Shown in pieces: positions 33,126-43,848 of a stretch of 64,000 nt of DNA. Source of the DNA: Bacteroidia bacterium (GTDB taxonomy: Bacteria; Bacteroidota; Bacteroidia; JADZBD01). Numbering within the stretch: position 1 is the stretch's first letter; each line of letters starts with the position of its first letter. Both the position numbers and the translations under genes were made by a program. Below the pieces are notes generated by a model. That model was not told the origin of the DNA, made no database searches, and saw only the letters and a list, made by a program, of their open reading frames with translations. The DNA lies in contig JADZBD010000007.1 in NCBI GenBank assembly GCA_020852255.1, positions 129,456-193,455 of the forward strand, in the 5' to 3' direction.

Positions 33126-34753
33126 AAAACGTGTATATCATATTTATGTTTTTGTTGCCGGTCTTTATTTCGGCGCAGGAAATCGTGCGGTCGGAACAAA
33201 CAGTCAGTATGGATGGGAAAATGTATTACGTGCATAAAGTCGAGGCGGGCCAAACACTTTACAGTATTGCCAAGGCGTACAATGTGAGCGTGAAGATGAT
33301 TGTAGATGCCAATCCGGATACTGGAACCGGGTTGCAGCCCGGACAGGAGTTGAAAGTTCCTTACATACAGGTTCCGCAAGATCCGGAAATTGTAAAGCAG
33401 GAAGAGAAATCACCGAAATGGAAGTGGCACAAAGTACTTAAAGGAGAGACCTGGTATAGTATCTCCAAAAAATACAACCTTACAGTAGAGCAGATTAAGG
33501 CGTTGAATGCGGAGGTAAAAGATGATCTCAAAGCCGGTCAGGATATCAGAATTCCCACCATAGGGGCCATCAAGAAGGAAACAGTGAAGAGGAATGAACC
33601 GGTGCAGATCAAAGATCCGGTGATCGGCACCCCACCGTCCTTATCCGATACCATTACAATAAGAAAAGAGGAATATAAAATTGGATTTCTGCTCCCATTC
33701 AATCTTGGTCTTACAGATCTCATCGAACCGGAAAAGATAAAAAAAGGCACTCGTGCCTTTCCTGAAAAGGCCCGCATTGCTATTGAGTTTTACCATGGAG
33801 TAAAAATGGCAATGGATTCTCTGCAGAAATCCGGCATAAAAGTGCAGGCCTATTATTTTGACACCGGCTCCGACTCGGCCGGAAGCAAGTGGATGAAGGA
33901 CCCTGAGCTGAAAAATATGGACCTGCTGGTAGGCCCGCTGTTTACCAATTCATTCATGGAAGGAGTGAAGCTGGCAAAACAGCTTGGGATTACTATTGTT
34001 TCTCCCACCCTGCAGAATAACAAGCTGCTGATTGGAAATCCTGAGGTGAACAAAGCATCGGCGTCTACTTATACTCAGATGGAGGAAATAGGAAAATATG
34101 TGGCGGCTAACTTCGCAGAGCAGAATATTATGGTTGTCTCCTCGGGCGGGCCCAAAGATATGACCATCGTTAATGCCGTACGTAATGCCGGAAGCAAAGT
34201 GCTCATCGGGATGAACAAGGATTCAATGCGACTGGTAAATGGTCTTAGTGGTGTAACCGCTTCACTGGTAAAGGAGAAGATTAATGTGGTGGTGCTTCCC
34301 AGTAATAATCAAAGCTATGTGACGGATGTTCTGTCAAAACTTTATAAACTGCACATCGATCGAAAGGATAGCATTATTATTGTTGGTATGAATGCATGGT
34401 CCTCTTTTGAGAACCTGGATATGGAATACCTGAACGGAATGGCTTTTCACTATCCGTCCAATTCATTCGTAAATTACACCGATACGGGTATTGTACATTT
34501 TATTCATAGCTACCGCGGATTATATAAGTCCGAACCGACAGATTATACGTTCGACGGATTTGATATTGCGCTGTTCTACGGATCACTGCTTTGGAAGGAA
34601 GGAGTGAAATTCAGTCCGAAGCTGGAGCAAATGACCGGAGAAGGAATGAATATGCGTTTCCGCTATGTGCGTTCAGGTACTGATAGCGGTTACGAGAATA
34701 CCGGAGTGTTCATCCTGAGGTATAAAGATTACCATCTGATTCGTGTGAATTAA
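33122..34753 (+). CDS. LysM (x2) peptidoglycan-binding domain fused to a type-1 periplasmic binding protein (ANF-receptor/Leu-Ile-Val-BP-like) fold
   Basis: Two LysM units ([29 protein letters not shown] and [27 protein letters not shown]) followed by a ~350-aa PBP-like region. ATG at 33122 overlaps the guaA stop. Confidence 0.6.
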   Translation: MKNVYIIFMFLLPVFISAQEIVRSEQTVSMDGKMYYVHKVEAGQTLYSIAKAYNVSVKMIVDANPDTGTGLQPGQELKVPYIQVPQDPEIVKQEEKSPKWKWHKVLKGETWYSISKKYNLTVEQIKALNAEVKDDLKAGQDIRIPTIGAIKKETVKRNEPVQIKDPVIGTPPSLSDTITIRKEEYKIGFLLPFNLGLTDLIEPEKIKKGTRAFPEKARIAIEFYHGVKMAMDSLQKSGIKVQAYYFDTGSDSAGSKWMKDPELKNMDLLVGPLFTNSFMEGVKLAKQLGITIVSPTLQNNKLLIGNPEVNKASASTYTQMEEIGKYVAANFAEQNIMVVSSGGPKDMTIVNAVRNAGSKVLIGMNKDSMRLVNGLSGVTASLVKEKINVVVLPSNNQSYVTDVLSKLYKLHIDRKDSIIIVGMNAWSSFENLDMEYLNGMAFHYPSNSFVNYTDTGIVHFIHSYRGLYKSEPTDYTFDGFDIALFYGSLLWKEGVKFSPKLEQMTGEGMNMRFRYVRSGTDSGYENTGVFILRYKDYHLIRVN

Positions 34754-34801
34754 TGCCCTGATATTTCTGTCAGGCTCTGTTGTCTGAAAAATTCCGTATC
34801 C

Positions 34802-35758
34802 ATGCACATGATCCGTTTTGCAGCCCTGTTTTTTCTCCTGATCAGGACCTCTTTTCTTTTTTCAACTACCTGGAATGAACCCTGGCACCGGGAGGTGGTA
34901 AAAAAGTCCGAATCCTTTGTAAAGGCGAAAATCATTTCTTGCCACGAGGATAAGGGGATTAAAATCAAGATACTCAAAACCCTGGCCGGAACTGAGCGCA
35001 GCGGGGAACTGGAGGTGCAAGGTTTTTTTCTTCTTGATTTGTGCAGTGTTTCCGGCGGACACGGCCCTGAGTGGCACTTCGAAAAGGGGGATGAGTATTA
35101 TTTTTTTATCGGGAGCGACAAGAAAGGGAAACCGGCTATCGCCACACCTACCACCGGTTTTGCCCTTGTAATGGACGATGAAGTAAAGGCAACATACCGT
35201 CACAGCTATCACCAGGCCATGGTTCCGGTTGGAGTGTATGAGATGACGATGACCGCCATCTTCAGGTCCTCGCACGGCCAGCCGTATGATACCCTCGCCA
35301 TCCGGGAGTACATTTCTAAATGGCTTTTGCAGGCTCCGGCAGCCATTCAGAAGGAATCCATGAAGATTTTTTTTGCACAACATGTGGCGCTGGAATGCGT
35401 GTATCATCTGAATTTGAGCGGTTATTACAAGCAACTGGTGATTTTTCTCTCCGATACCCTCAACCATCACAATCAAATATCTGCAGCGCGGGCCCTTGCA
35501 TCTTATGCGAGCGATGATTGCACTAGAGAGTTGGTGCGCCTGATAGAAAGTCCGGCAACGCGGAATTTTGTGAAGGTGATCTGTATTTGGAGTCTTGCTT
35601 CTCAAAAACCCACCGGGATAAAGGAGAAGTTAAAAGAGATGGAAGGAAATGCCAGCGATGAGGAATCCGGTTTCGGAGGAAATATCATGGATCCGCGCGT
35701 TTGCACACACTTTCCAAGTGTGAAAGAAGCGCTGGCGGAACTTATTAAGAATCTTTAA
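34802..35758 (+). CDS. Hypothetical secreted protein with HEAT/armadillo-like C-terminal repeats
   Basis: Signal peptide MHMIRFAALFFLLIRTSFLFS. C-terminal helical repeats (…SAARALASYASDDCTRELVRLIESPATRNFVKVICIWSLAS…). Confidence 0.4.
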   Translation: MHMIRFAALFFLLIRTSFLFSTTWNEPWHREVVKKSESFVKAKIISCHEDKGIKIKILKTLAGTERSGELEVQGFFLLDLCSVSGGHGPEWHFEKGDEYYFFIGSDKKGKPAIATPTTGFALVMDDEVKATYRHSYHQAMVPVGVYEMTMTAIFRSSHGQPYDTLAIREYISKWLLQAPAAIQKESMKIFFAQHVALECVYHLNLSGYYKQLVIFLSDTLNHHNQISAARALASYASDDCTRELVRLIESPATRNFVKVICIWSLASQKPTGIKEKLKEMEGNASDEESGFGGNIMDPRVCTHFPSVKEALAELIKNL

Positions 35759-36001
35759 ATGAGCATGCATCATTCTTCCTTTCGCTGGATTACTGTTGCA
35801 AGTTTTAACGCTCCGCACGATGCTTATATCATGAAAGCATATTTGGAATCCGAAGGGATAGAGTGTTTTTTGAAAGACGAATTGACCGTGCAGGTGAATA
35901 TCTTTTACTCCAATGCTATCGGTGGTGTGAAACTTCAGGTTCGTGAAGAAGATGTTGAAAAGGCAAAAGACGTGCTCCGTGAAGGTGGATATGCAGTCTA
36001 A
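35759..36001 (+). CDS. DUF2007-like small protein (putative signal-transducing protein fold)
   Basis: 80 aa. …ITVASFNAPHDAYIMKAYLESEGIECFLKDE… resembles DUF2007. Start codon directly follows the upstream stop (TAAATG). Confidence 0.45.
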   Translation: MSMHHSSFRWITVASFNAPHDAYIMKAYLESEGIECFLKDELTVQVNIFYSNAIGGVKLQVREEDVEKAKDVLREGGYAV

Positions 36002-36007
36002 TAGACG

Positions 36008-37591
36008 TCAGATATCCTCACTGGTAAAGTGAAATTCTATTTCAGGATTTTTTTCCTGCGCCATTTGTAATGCCCAGGCGCTCTCCGCGAGAAACACCGG
36101 ACGATCGTCCTTGTCGGTGGCCATATGATGGATCTTGTCCTCGATGAAGGCTTCCAGTTTCTTTTTATCCTTGCAGGTGATCCAGCAGGCTTTGTGCAGT
36201 GTAAGAGGTTCAAAGTCGCAGCTGGCATTGTATTCCGCCTTCAGCCGGTGCTGGATGACCTCAAACTGCAAAGCTCCCACGGTGCCCAGGACCTTACGAT
36301 TGTTGTTTTTCTTTGTAAAAAGCTGAGCAACGCCTTCGTCTGTCAGTTGCTCCAGCCCCTTGTGAAGCTGCTTCGTCTTCATCGGATCTGTATTCACAAC
36401 ATACTTGAAAATCTCAGGTGAAAACCGGGGAATGCCTTTGAATTCCAGTTTCTCTCCCTCCGTCATTGTATCTCCTATTTTGAAATTCCCGCTGTCATAA
36501 AGTCCTACAATATCTCCGGGATAGGCCACATCTATCAGATTCTTTTCCTGTGCCATGAAAGCCGTTGGGTTGGAGAATTTCATCTGACGGCCTTCCCGCA
36601 CATGGTAGTAATTTTTATTTCGCTCAAAAACTCCTGAACATACCCGCATAAAGGCAATCCGGTCGCGGTGTTTCGGATCAAGATTCGCATGAATCTTAAA
36701 CACAAATCCCGTTAGTTTCTTTTCCTCCGGCGCAATCTTTCTTTCCGCCGTTTCCCTGCCACGCGGAGGTGGAGCAACTTGAATAAAGCAATCCAGCAAT
36801 TCACGCACTCCAAAATTGTTTACGGCTGATCCGAAAAACACAGGGCTGATCTGTCCTGCCAGGTAGCGTTCCTTGTCAAATGGATCATAAACTCCGTCGA
36901 TCAGTTCAATGTCGTGCTGAAGTTTACCGGCAAAATCTTCTCCCACCATTTCCGTTAACACAGGATCTGACAGATCCGAGACCTCCACTGTTTCTCGCGA
37001 TAGTTTCCGTGATGAAGGTTCAAAAAAGATGAGTTTTTTTTCAAAAAGCGAATAAACTCCTTTGAATGTTTTTCCGATGCCGATAGGCCAGGAAAGGGGA
37101 CGCACCCTGATTTTGAGTTCCTTTTCGATTTCATCCAGAAGATCGAAGGGGTCGCGCCCTTCGCGATCCATCTTGTTGATGAAAACAATAACCGGGGTGT
37201 GTCTCATGCGGCATACTTCCAGCAACTTCCTCGTCTGAGGTTCCACTCCTTTAACGCAGTCAATCACCATTATAACCGAGTCCACCGCGGTGAGCGTGCG
37301 GTAGGTGTCCTCTGCAAAATCCTCGTGACCGGGAGTGTCAAGCAGATTAATCTTAACTCCCTTGTACTCAAATCCCATTACCGAAGTAGCTACCGAGATT
37401 CCGCGCTGCCTTTCGATTTCCATGAAATCTGAAGTGGCATGCTTGCGGATCTTGTTGCTTTTAACTGCGCCCGCTGTTTGAATGGCGCCGCCAAAGAGAA
37501 GCAGTTTCTCCGTCAGTGTTGTTTTTCCTGCATCCGGGTGAGATATGATGGCGAAAGTCCTGCGCCTGCTGATCTCCTGATGTATGTCCAT
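36008..37591 (-). CDS. prfC: Peptide chain release factor 3
   Basis: GTPase motifs [30 protein letters not shown]. 527 aa. Confidence 0.9.
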   Translation of the reverse strand: MDIHQEISRRRTFAIISHPDAGKTTLTEKLLLFGGAIQTAGAVKSNKIRKHATSDFMEIERQRGISVATSVMGFEYKGVKINLLDTPGHEDFAEDTYRTLTAVDSVIMVIDCVKGVEPQTRKLLEVCRMRHTPVIVFINKMDREGRDPFDLLDEIEKELKIRVRPLSWPIGIGKTFKGVYSLFEKKLIFFEPSSRKLSRETVEVSDLSDPVLTEMVGEDFAGKLQHDIELIDGVYDPFDKERYLAGQISPVFFGSAVNNFGVRELLDCFIQVAPPPRGRETAERKIAPEEKKLTGFVFKIHANLDPKHRDRIAFMRVCSGVFERNKNYYHVREGRQMKFSNPTAFMAQEKNLIDVAYPGDIVGLYDSGNFKIGDTMTEGEKLEFKGIPRFSPEIFKYVVNTDPMKTKQLHKGLEQLTDEGVAQLFTKKNNNRKVLGTVGALQFEVIQHRLKAEYNASCDFEPLTLHKACWITCKDKKKLEAFIEDKIHHMATDKDDRPVFLAESAWALQMAQEKNPEIEFHFTSEDI

Positions 37592-37650
37592 GATAAAAAG
37601 CCAAAAGCCCCGATCCCGGAGGAAGGAGGCTTTCGGAGATAAATGAAACG

Positions 37651-38007
37651 TTATTTCAGATCCTCAAAGTTAACGCTGGAGTAGCCGCTGCCGGTTCCGT
37701 TGCTTCCGGCATTGGTTTCACTCGCAACCGCGGGGCGGGCATTTTTAATGTAGGCAACCACTTCACTCAGCCCCTCTGCAAATTTATCGAAGTCCTCCTT
37801 ATACAGGAACAACTTGTGTTTTTCATAGAAGAACTTCCCGTCTTCGCCCATTCTTTTCTTACTCTCTGTTATGGTCAGGTAGTAATCGTTCCCTTTGGTG
37901 CTCTTAACATCAAAGAAATACGTCCTTTTTCCGGCACGCACAGGCTTGGAAAAGATCTCGTTCTTTCCATCGGCACTATATCCGTCCTTATTTTCTGAAC
38001 CTTCCAT
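37651..38007 (-). CDS. DUF3276 (PUR-alpha-like nucleic-acid-binding) protein
   Basis: 118 aa. …[25 protein letters not shown]…[11 protein letters not shown]… is typical of the Bacteroidetes DUF3276 family. Confidence 0.55.
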   Translation of the reverse strand: MEGSENKDGYSADGKNEIFSKPVRAGKRTYFFDVKSTKGNDYYLTITESKKRMGEDGKFFYEKHKLFLYKEDFDKFAEGLSEVVAYIKNARPAVASETNAGSNGTGSGYSSVNFEDLK

Positions 38008-38117
38008 CGTTTATTTTTTTGGTTTGGTCTAGCAAATATTCATAGAAGCAGGGACATAACCAAATTCCAAAGCCCTGATTTTTAGGTAAAAATGAGAAAA
38101 AACGTGATTTTTTATGC

Positions 38118-39881
38118 CTAAACAGGGTTTTTCTCTGATTCCAGCAGTTGTTTGAGGTGTAAATCGTAATAACGGCCTTTCAGCGCCAGCAGTTCCTGAT
38201 GTGAGCCTTCCTCCCGGATTTTGCCCTCTTCCATGTACAGGATGTGGTTCGCACCTTTTACTGATGAGATCCGGTGAGAAATGATCAGGGTGGTTTTTCC
38301 TTTCATTACGCGGTCCAGGTTTTTAAGGATCTGGTCCTCTGTTTCCGTATCAACCGCCGAGAGACAATCGTCAAATACCAGAATTTGCGGTTCTTTCACG
38401 ATGGCACGGGCGATCGAAACCCTTTGTTTTTGTCCGCCGCTCAACGTAATGCCCCGTTCTCCGACCATCGTTTCATAACCCATTGGAAACTCCAAAATGT
38501 TCTGGTGAATCACAGCATCTTTTGCGGCTTGTTCAACCGCCTTGCGGTCCGGAATTTTTCCGGATGTGAAGGCGATGTTGTTGGCAATGGTATCTGAAAA
38601 AAGGAAAACTTCCTGAGGCACGTAACCTGTCCCTGACCGGAGGGCTCCAAGCTGAATATCCCGCAGGTCGTGGGCCCCAATCGAAATTGTTCCGGAGTCA
38701 GGCTCCATAAGCCGGACCAGAAGTCCTGCGATCGTTGATTTTCCGCAGCCCGTCCTTCCCACAATAGCCAGCGAATTCCCCTGCGGAATCCGAAAGGAAA
38801 TGCCTTTTAGTGCTTCTATACCGGAGTCAGGATAGCGCAGAGATACATTCTCAAAACATATATCCCCTTCTAATTGCTGCACCGCGTTCTTCCGGTCGTA
38901 AATCACTGGAGCCGTATGTAGAAATTCGTTAATCCGTACCTGAGATGCAGCTGCTCGTTGTATGAGTGATGTAACCCAGCCCAGGGAAGCGACAGGCCAA
39001 AGCAGCTTGTTTACATATAAAATAAAGTCAGGAATCTTTCCGCCGCTGAGATTGCCGTTAATGGTCTCAAGTCCGCCGATATAAACCACCAGCAGGGTGC
39101 TCAATCCGATCATCAGGATCATAGCAGGTTGAAAAAACGCTTCCGTTTTTGCCAAAGAAAGTGCTGAAGTCCGGTAATCATCTGCGCGCACACGGAAACG
39201 TTCTGTGTTTTCGTCTTCCAGCGCAAACGCTTTCAGCACGCGGATTCCGGAATAGGTCTCCTGGGAATGCGTGGAGAGATCAGAAAGACGCGACTGAACA
39301 AGATTGCTTTTGCGGTTAATTACGTTGCTCACTTTGTACACTACATATGCCAGTACAGGTAGCGGGAGAAGAACGTAGGCTGTATAGGCCATATCTACTG
39401 TTCCCATAAATGAAATGACGGTGATGAGTGTTACCGTAGTATTCACCAGATACATGATCGCCGGACCTATATACATTCGTACCCGGCTTACATCTTCACT
39501 GATCCGGTTCATCAGGTCCCCGGTACTGTTCCTTTTGTAAAAGCCTGTGTCCAGCCGCTGGTAATGGGTGAAGATGTCATTCTTCATGTCATATTCTATC
39601 ATGCGCGACATCACTATGATGGTTTGTCGCATCAGGAACATGAAAACACCGGAGATCACCGCATACAGAATTACAGTCACTCCAAGGGTGAGCAGTTGGG
39701 TGCTGAGCTCCCCTTCAGGTAATTTTTCCTGCAAGGCCTGCTGGGCCAGATCAACACCTAGGCCTACTTTAGGAATGAGGAGCACCCCGAAGAAATTGGA
39801 TAAGCCTACGAATACAACGCCCAGGAGCAGACGCCACTTATAGCGAAAAAAATACGGATTCAGTGAGCGGAGGTCCTTCAT
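38118..39881 (-). CDS. ABC transporter, fused permease/ATP-binding exporter (MsbA-like)
   Basis: Six-TM N-terminal domain. Walker A GRTGCGKST, signature LSGGQKQR, Walker B ILVFDD. Start taken at ATG 39881 (MKDLRSLNPYF…). Confidence 0.8.
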   Translation of the reverse strand: MKDLRSLNPYFFRYKWRLLLGVVFVGLSNFFGVLLIPKVGLGVDLAQQALQEKLPEGELSTQLLTLGVTVILYAVISGVFMFLMRQTIIVMSRMIEYDMKNDIFTHYQRLDTGFYKRNSTGDLMNRISEDVSRVRMYIGPAIMYLVNTTVTLITVISFMGTVDMAYTAYVLLPLPVLAYVVYKVSNVINRKSNLVQSRLSDLSTHSQETYSGIRVLKAFALEDENTERFRVRADDYRTSALSLAKTEAFFQPAMILMIGLSTLLVVYIGGLETINGNLSGGKIPDFILYVNKLLWPVASLGWVTSLIQRAAASQVRINEFLHTAPVIYDRKNAVQQLEGDICFENVSLRYPDSGIEALKGISFRIPQGNSLAIVGRTGCGKSTIAGLLVRLMEPDSGTISIGAHDLRDIQLGALRSGTGYVPQEVFLFSDTIANNIAFTSGKIPDRKAVEQAAKDAVIHQNILEFPMGYETMVGERGITLSGGQKQRVSIARAIVKEPQILVFDDCLSAVDTETEDQILKNLDRVMKGKTTLIISHRISSVKGANHILYMEEGKIREEGSHQELLALKGRYYDLHLKQLLESEKNPV

Positions 39882-39993
39882 ATTGTGCTCAAAATGAGGG
39901 ATAAAGATAAGAATTGCTAACGGAGGCGCGGTAGTCGGGATAAAAAAAGAGTACATTTGGATCCCTTCCCAAAGGGCTGGCAATTCGGATTTT

Positions 39994-41052
39994 ATGGATA
40001 AAACGAGGCAACAGGAGGCCGGAGTTTTGGCTCAGATGGGCACGTATGATCACGAGGAGGTGTTGTTTTGCAACGACAATGCCCTTGGATTACGCTCCAT
40101 CATTGCAGTTCACAGCACGCGGCTCGGACCATCACTCGGTGGTACGCGGATGTGGAATTACACAAATGAACAAGAGGCGCTTACAGACGCCCTGCGCCTG
40201 AGCAGGGGTATGACATATAAAGCAGCGGTGGCAGGACTGCCCTTGGGCGGGGGCAAAGCGGTTATTATTGGCGATAGCCGAAGCATGAAATCGGAGAAGC
40301 TATTCCGTCGTTTCGGACAATTTGTTGAAAGCCTGAACGGCAGGTATATTACTGCGGAGGATGTGGGAATAGGACCAGCAGATATGGTTCATGTATCCCG
40401 GGAAACCAGGCATGTTACCGGTCTGCCCGGAAAGTCAGGTGATCCTTCACCCGTAACAGCCTATGGCGTTTATATGGCGATGAAGGCTGCGGCAAAGAAA
40501 AGATGGGGCAGTGATTCGCTGGCAGGAAAGAAGGTGGCTGTTCAAGGGGTGGGTCATGTGGGCGAAGGATTGGTCGGACACCTCATGCACGAAGGCGCCA
40601 TAGTGAGCATTACGGATATTTTTGAAGACAGAATTCGAGAGGTTTCGTCGAAATTTAAGGTGCAGGTAGTGGGAAAGGATGATATCTTTGGGACGGATGC
40701 GGACATTTATGCTCCCTGCGCATTGGGAGCAACGGTGAATGATCGTACCATAGAACAGTTTAAGTGCAGTATCATTTGTGGGGCGGCTAACAATCAGCTG
40801 GCGGAGGAAAACGTTCACGGAAGGGCAATAGAAGCGAGAGGAATTATTTATACCCCGGATTATGTGGCAAACGGTGGCGGGTTGATGAATGTATGTTCCG
40901 AAATTACGGGAGTGAGCAGGGAGAAGGTGATGGAGCAGGCGAAAGGGATTTATGATACGGTACTGAAGATCTTCGCAATCGCGGAACGGGAAAAGATACC
41001 CAGTTATCTTGCCGCGAACCGGTTGGCGGAGGAGCGGCTGAGCGGGAAGTAG
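39994..41052 (+). CDS. Leucine/valine/phenylalanine dehydrogenase (Glu/Leu/Phe/Val DH family)
   Basis: Catalytic-lysine region KAAVAGLPLGGGKAVI, NAD-binding GVGHVGEG. 352 aa. Confidence 0.8.
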   Translation: MDKTRQQEAGVLAQMGTYDHEEVLFCNDNALGLRSIIAVHSTRLGPSLGGTRMWNYTNEQEALTDALRLSRGMTYKAAVAGLPLGGGKAVIIGDSRSMKSEKLFRRFGQFVESLNGRYITAEDVGIGPADMVHVSRETRHVTGLPGKSGDPSPVTAYGVYMAMKAAAKKRWGSDSLAGKKVAVQGVGHVGEGLVGHLMHEGAIVSITDIFEDRIREVSSKFKVQVVGKDDIFGTDADIYAPCALGATVNDRTIEQFKCSIICGAANNQLAEENVHGRAIEARGIIYTPDYVANGGGLMNVCSEITGVSREKVMEQAKGIYDTVLKIFAIAEREKIPSYLAANRLAEERLSGK

Positions 41053-41063
41053 CTTTTTTGTTA

Positions 41064-41083
41064 TTTCCGGCACCGTAAGGTGC
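41064..41083 (+). terminator. Stable GNRA-loop hairpin between ldh and nusB (possible terminator/attenuator)
   Basis: CCGGCACC-GTAA-GGTGCCGG is a perfect 8-bp stem, preceded by TTTTTTGTTATTT. Confidence 0.25.
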
Positions 41084-41106
41084 CGGGCCAAAGTTAGAGA
41101 CCAGGA

Positions 41107-42054
41107 ATGTTAAACAGGAGACAACTCCGCGTCAAGGTATTACAGGCCTTGTACGCCTTCTTTCAGTCGGGTGATCACGATCTTCCCAGAGGAGAGCGTG
41201 AACTTCTCACCGGCGTAAGAAAATCATTTGAATTATATTTCTATTTACTTACGCTCCTGATCGAACTTCGTTTTCAGGCTGAGCGGTCGATGGAGGATGC
41301 AAAAACCAGACTGCTTCCGGGACCCGATGACCTGAACCCTAACCGGAAGTTTACCGAGAATATGGTGATACGACAAATTGCATCGAACAAGGAACTGGAA
41401 CGAAAGAATAAGGAGATGGGGATTTCCTGGCAAAATGACGCGGAGTTGGTAAGGAAAATATGGCACAATGTTCGTTCTTCTCCGGCTTATGAACAATACA
41501 TGAATTCAGGTCTCCGCGATCATTTTGAAGATAAACGGTTTGTTTCGGAGCTTCTTCGCAATCAGGTGGCCGCCTTTGAACCGCTTGAAAATGCAATGGA
41601 GGATAAAACGATCTTTTGGGCGGACGAACTGGATTTCTGGACCTCTATGGCGATTAAGTCCGTGAACTTCTTTGATCCGGCCAATCCCGAAGGCGGACCC
41701 CTGCTGACGCTCTTTAAGAATGAGGAGGAGGACAAGGAGTTTATGCTCCAGTTATTCCGGCTGACCATTATTCATTCCTCTGCTCACGAAAAATTAATTG
41801 GCGAAAAAACCCGCAACTGGGAAATTGACCGGATTGCCCTGATGGATATTATTCTTATGAAGATGGCGATTAGCGAACTTCTCTATTTTCCCAGCATCCC
41901 GGTCAAAGTAACACTGAACGAGTACATCGAGCTGTCTAAGATGTTCTCTACACCTCGAAGCAAAGTATTTATTAACGGAATTCTGGATAAGCTGGTTCAG
42001 GATTTCCGCGCTTCTGAGCTGATTAAAAAGGAAGGCAGGGGCTTGATAGATTGA
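41107..42054 (+). CDS. nusB: Transcription antitermination factor NusB (long Bacteroidetes form)
   Basis: N-terminal RRQLRVKVLQALYAFF NusB signature. 315 aa. Confidence 0.8.
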   Translation: MLNRRQLRVKVLQALYAFFQSGDHDLPRGERELLTGVRKSFELYFYLLTLLIELRFQAERSMEDAKTRLLPGPDDLNPNRKFTENMVIRQIASNKELERKNKEMGISWQNDAELVRKIWHNVRSSPAYEQYMNSGLRDHFEDKRFVSELLRNQVAAFEPLENAMEDKTIFWADELDFWTSMAIKSVNFFDPANPEGGPLLTLFKNEEEDKEFMLQLFRLTIIHSSAHEKLIGEKTRNWEIDRIALMDIILMKMAISELLYFPSIPVKVTLNEYIELSKMFSTPRSKVFINGILDKLVQDFRASELIKKEGRGLID

Positions 42055-42079
42055 TCTTTTGCCCTACCTTTGTATACTG

Positions 42080-42535
42080 ATGAATAAGTTCGTTTTTCTG
42101 TTTTGCGCCATGTTCCTGTTTTTACTTTCCTGCGAACCCGGGAAAGAGTCCAAAGGGGTGGATACAGATATTGTTAACATTCCTACTGACGGTTCTGGAA
42201 ACACACGATTGCCGGTGATCAGTTTCGATCATACGGAGCATGATTTCGGAACGGTGACAGACGGAGAAAAAGTAACCTATAACTTTCGTTTTACCAATAC
42301 CGGAGAATCGGACCTTGTGATCACCAGCGCTAAAGGCAGCTGCGGTTGCACGGTAGCGGATCCTCCGGCCAAGCCCGTCCCTCCCGGAGGAGAAGGGTAT
42401 ATCTCTGTAACCTTCGATAGCCAGGGTCGGGAAGGTTTTCAGAAAAAAGAAGTGACCGTGGTAACCAATTGCCAGCCGAACACAAAGATCCTTCAGTTCC
42501 GGGTGAATGTGATCAAGGCGGAAGATAAAAAATGA
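42080..42535 (+). CDS. DUF1573 domain lipoprotein
   Basis: Lipobox FLLSC. …FDHTEHDFGTV…YNFRFTNTGESDLVI…GSCGCT… matches DUF1573. Confidence 0.6.
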   Translation: MNKFVFLFCAMFLFLLSCEPGKESKGVDTDIVNIPTDGSGNTRLPVISFDHTEHDFGTVTDGEKVTYNFRFTNTGESDLVITSAKGSCGCTVADPPAKPVPPGGEGYISVTFDSQGREGFQKKEVTVVTNCQPNTKILQFRVNVIKAEDKK

Positions 42536-42876
42536 ATATGTTCTACACAGTATTTTTACAGGCACCTGCCGGCGGCGGAGGGGGAGGAATGCAATCCCTG
42601 ATCTTTCTGTTGTTAATTTTCGCGGTTTTTTACTTTTTTATGATCCGCCCTCAGATGCGCAAACAAAAGGATGCACAGAAGTACCGCGACGGAATTCAGA
42701 AGGGTGATAAGATCGTAACCATTGGAGGAGCCCATGGCACCATCGTGGAAGTGGCCGACACCACCATACTGGTGGAAGTGGACAGCGGGGTGAAGATTCG
42801 TTACGAAAAATCTGCCGTAAGTCCCGAAGCTACCAAAGCCCTTGCTGAGGGTAAAGGGAAGGACGCGAAAAAATAG
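42532..42876 (+). CDS. yajC: Preprotein translocase subunit YajC
   Basis: Single TM plus FMIRPQMRKQK…GDKIVTIGGAHGTIVEV. ATGA overlap with the upstream stop. Confidence 0.8.
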   Translation: MNMFYTVFLQAPAGGGGGGMQSLIFLLLIFAVFYFFMIRPQMRKQKDAQKYRDGIQKGDKIVTIGGAHGTIVEVADTTILVEVDSGVKIRYEKSAVSPEATKALAEGKGKDAKK

Positions 42877-42882
42877 ACCCGA

Positions 42883-43848
42883 TTGGAAACCCAACGGCCG
42901 GTACAAAAGCATCCAGCCCGCGAGTTGCGCCTCAACCGGCGCGCCATCACTTTTCTTGTATGCCTGCTCATCGCTTGTATGCTCTGGGTGGTTATCTCGC
43001 TCTCTGAAAGTTATGTAGAACGCCGGTATTTTCATGTTGAATATACTCATCTTCCGGCCGATGTGATCCGGAGTACATTGCCCGATACCTTGTCGGTTGA
43101 ATTCAGTGCTACTGGCTTTAATCTGATGTTCCGCGACCCGGGGCACGCTTCGGTTCGCATTGATCTTACTGGAGCACGGATCACACAGAATCAGTTGTTT
43201 TATTTCTTGCCGGGTACCATGCTGGCCAAACAGTTTTCGCGGCAGTTTGGTTCCGGAATGGCGGTAACCCGTATACAGCCCGATACACTGAAAATTATGC
43301 GGATTCGGGGAGAGGGCCAGTGGATGAAAGTGCGGTTTAAAGGAGAAATTCAGCTGGGTGTAAATCTTGCCGTGGCAGATAGTATTCGTATTTCTCCTGA
43401 TTCGGTGCTGGTGAGAGGCTCGGTGATGGGTTCCGAGATTTATACTGTGAAAGTACCCCTCAGGGGTCAGGAAGGTCGTAATGCGCTAAGGGTACGGCTG
43501 GATATGCCAGAGAAGAATGCAGTGCCGGAAACGGATTCAGTGACAATCCAGTTTACTTTGGAAAAATTCACAGAAAAGGAATTCTCCGTTCCTGTATCGG
43601 TCAAAAATCTTCCCCCGGATCGCTCCTTCAAGCCGGTGCCTAAAACCGTTAATGTTAAGTGCCTGGTTCCTTTTTCCCTCCTTCAAGAGGTGGATGCGGC
43701 AATGTTCACGGCCTCCGTAGATTATAATGAAATCGCCGGTCAGAATTTGAACAAGGCGAAGGTAACCCTGCTTACGTCGCACCCGAAAATCCGCAGCCTC
43801 CGCTGTACACCGGAACGTGTTGATTTTATTCTTCGTAAATTAAAGTGA
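42883..43848 (+). CDS. YbbR-like domain protein
   Basis: N-terminal TM, repeated YbbR-like beta-rich modules, conserved yajC–ybbR–coaE neighbourhood. Confidence 0.5.
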   Translation: METQRPVQKHPARELRLNRRAITFLVCLLIACMLWVVISLSESYVERRYFHVEYTHLPADVIRSTLPDTLSVEFSATGFNLMFRDPGHASVRIDLTGARITQNQLFYFLPGTMLAKQFSRQFGSGMAVTRIQPDTLKIMRIRGEGQWMKVRFKGEIQLGVNLAVADSIRISPDSVLVRGSVMGSEIYTVKVPLRGQEGRNALRVRLDMPEKNAVPETDSVTIQFTLEKFTEKEFSVPVSVKNLPPDRSFKPVPKTVNVKCLVPFSLLQEVDAAMFTASVDYNEIAGQNLNKAKVTLLTSHPKIRSLRCTPERVDFILRKLK

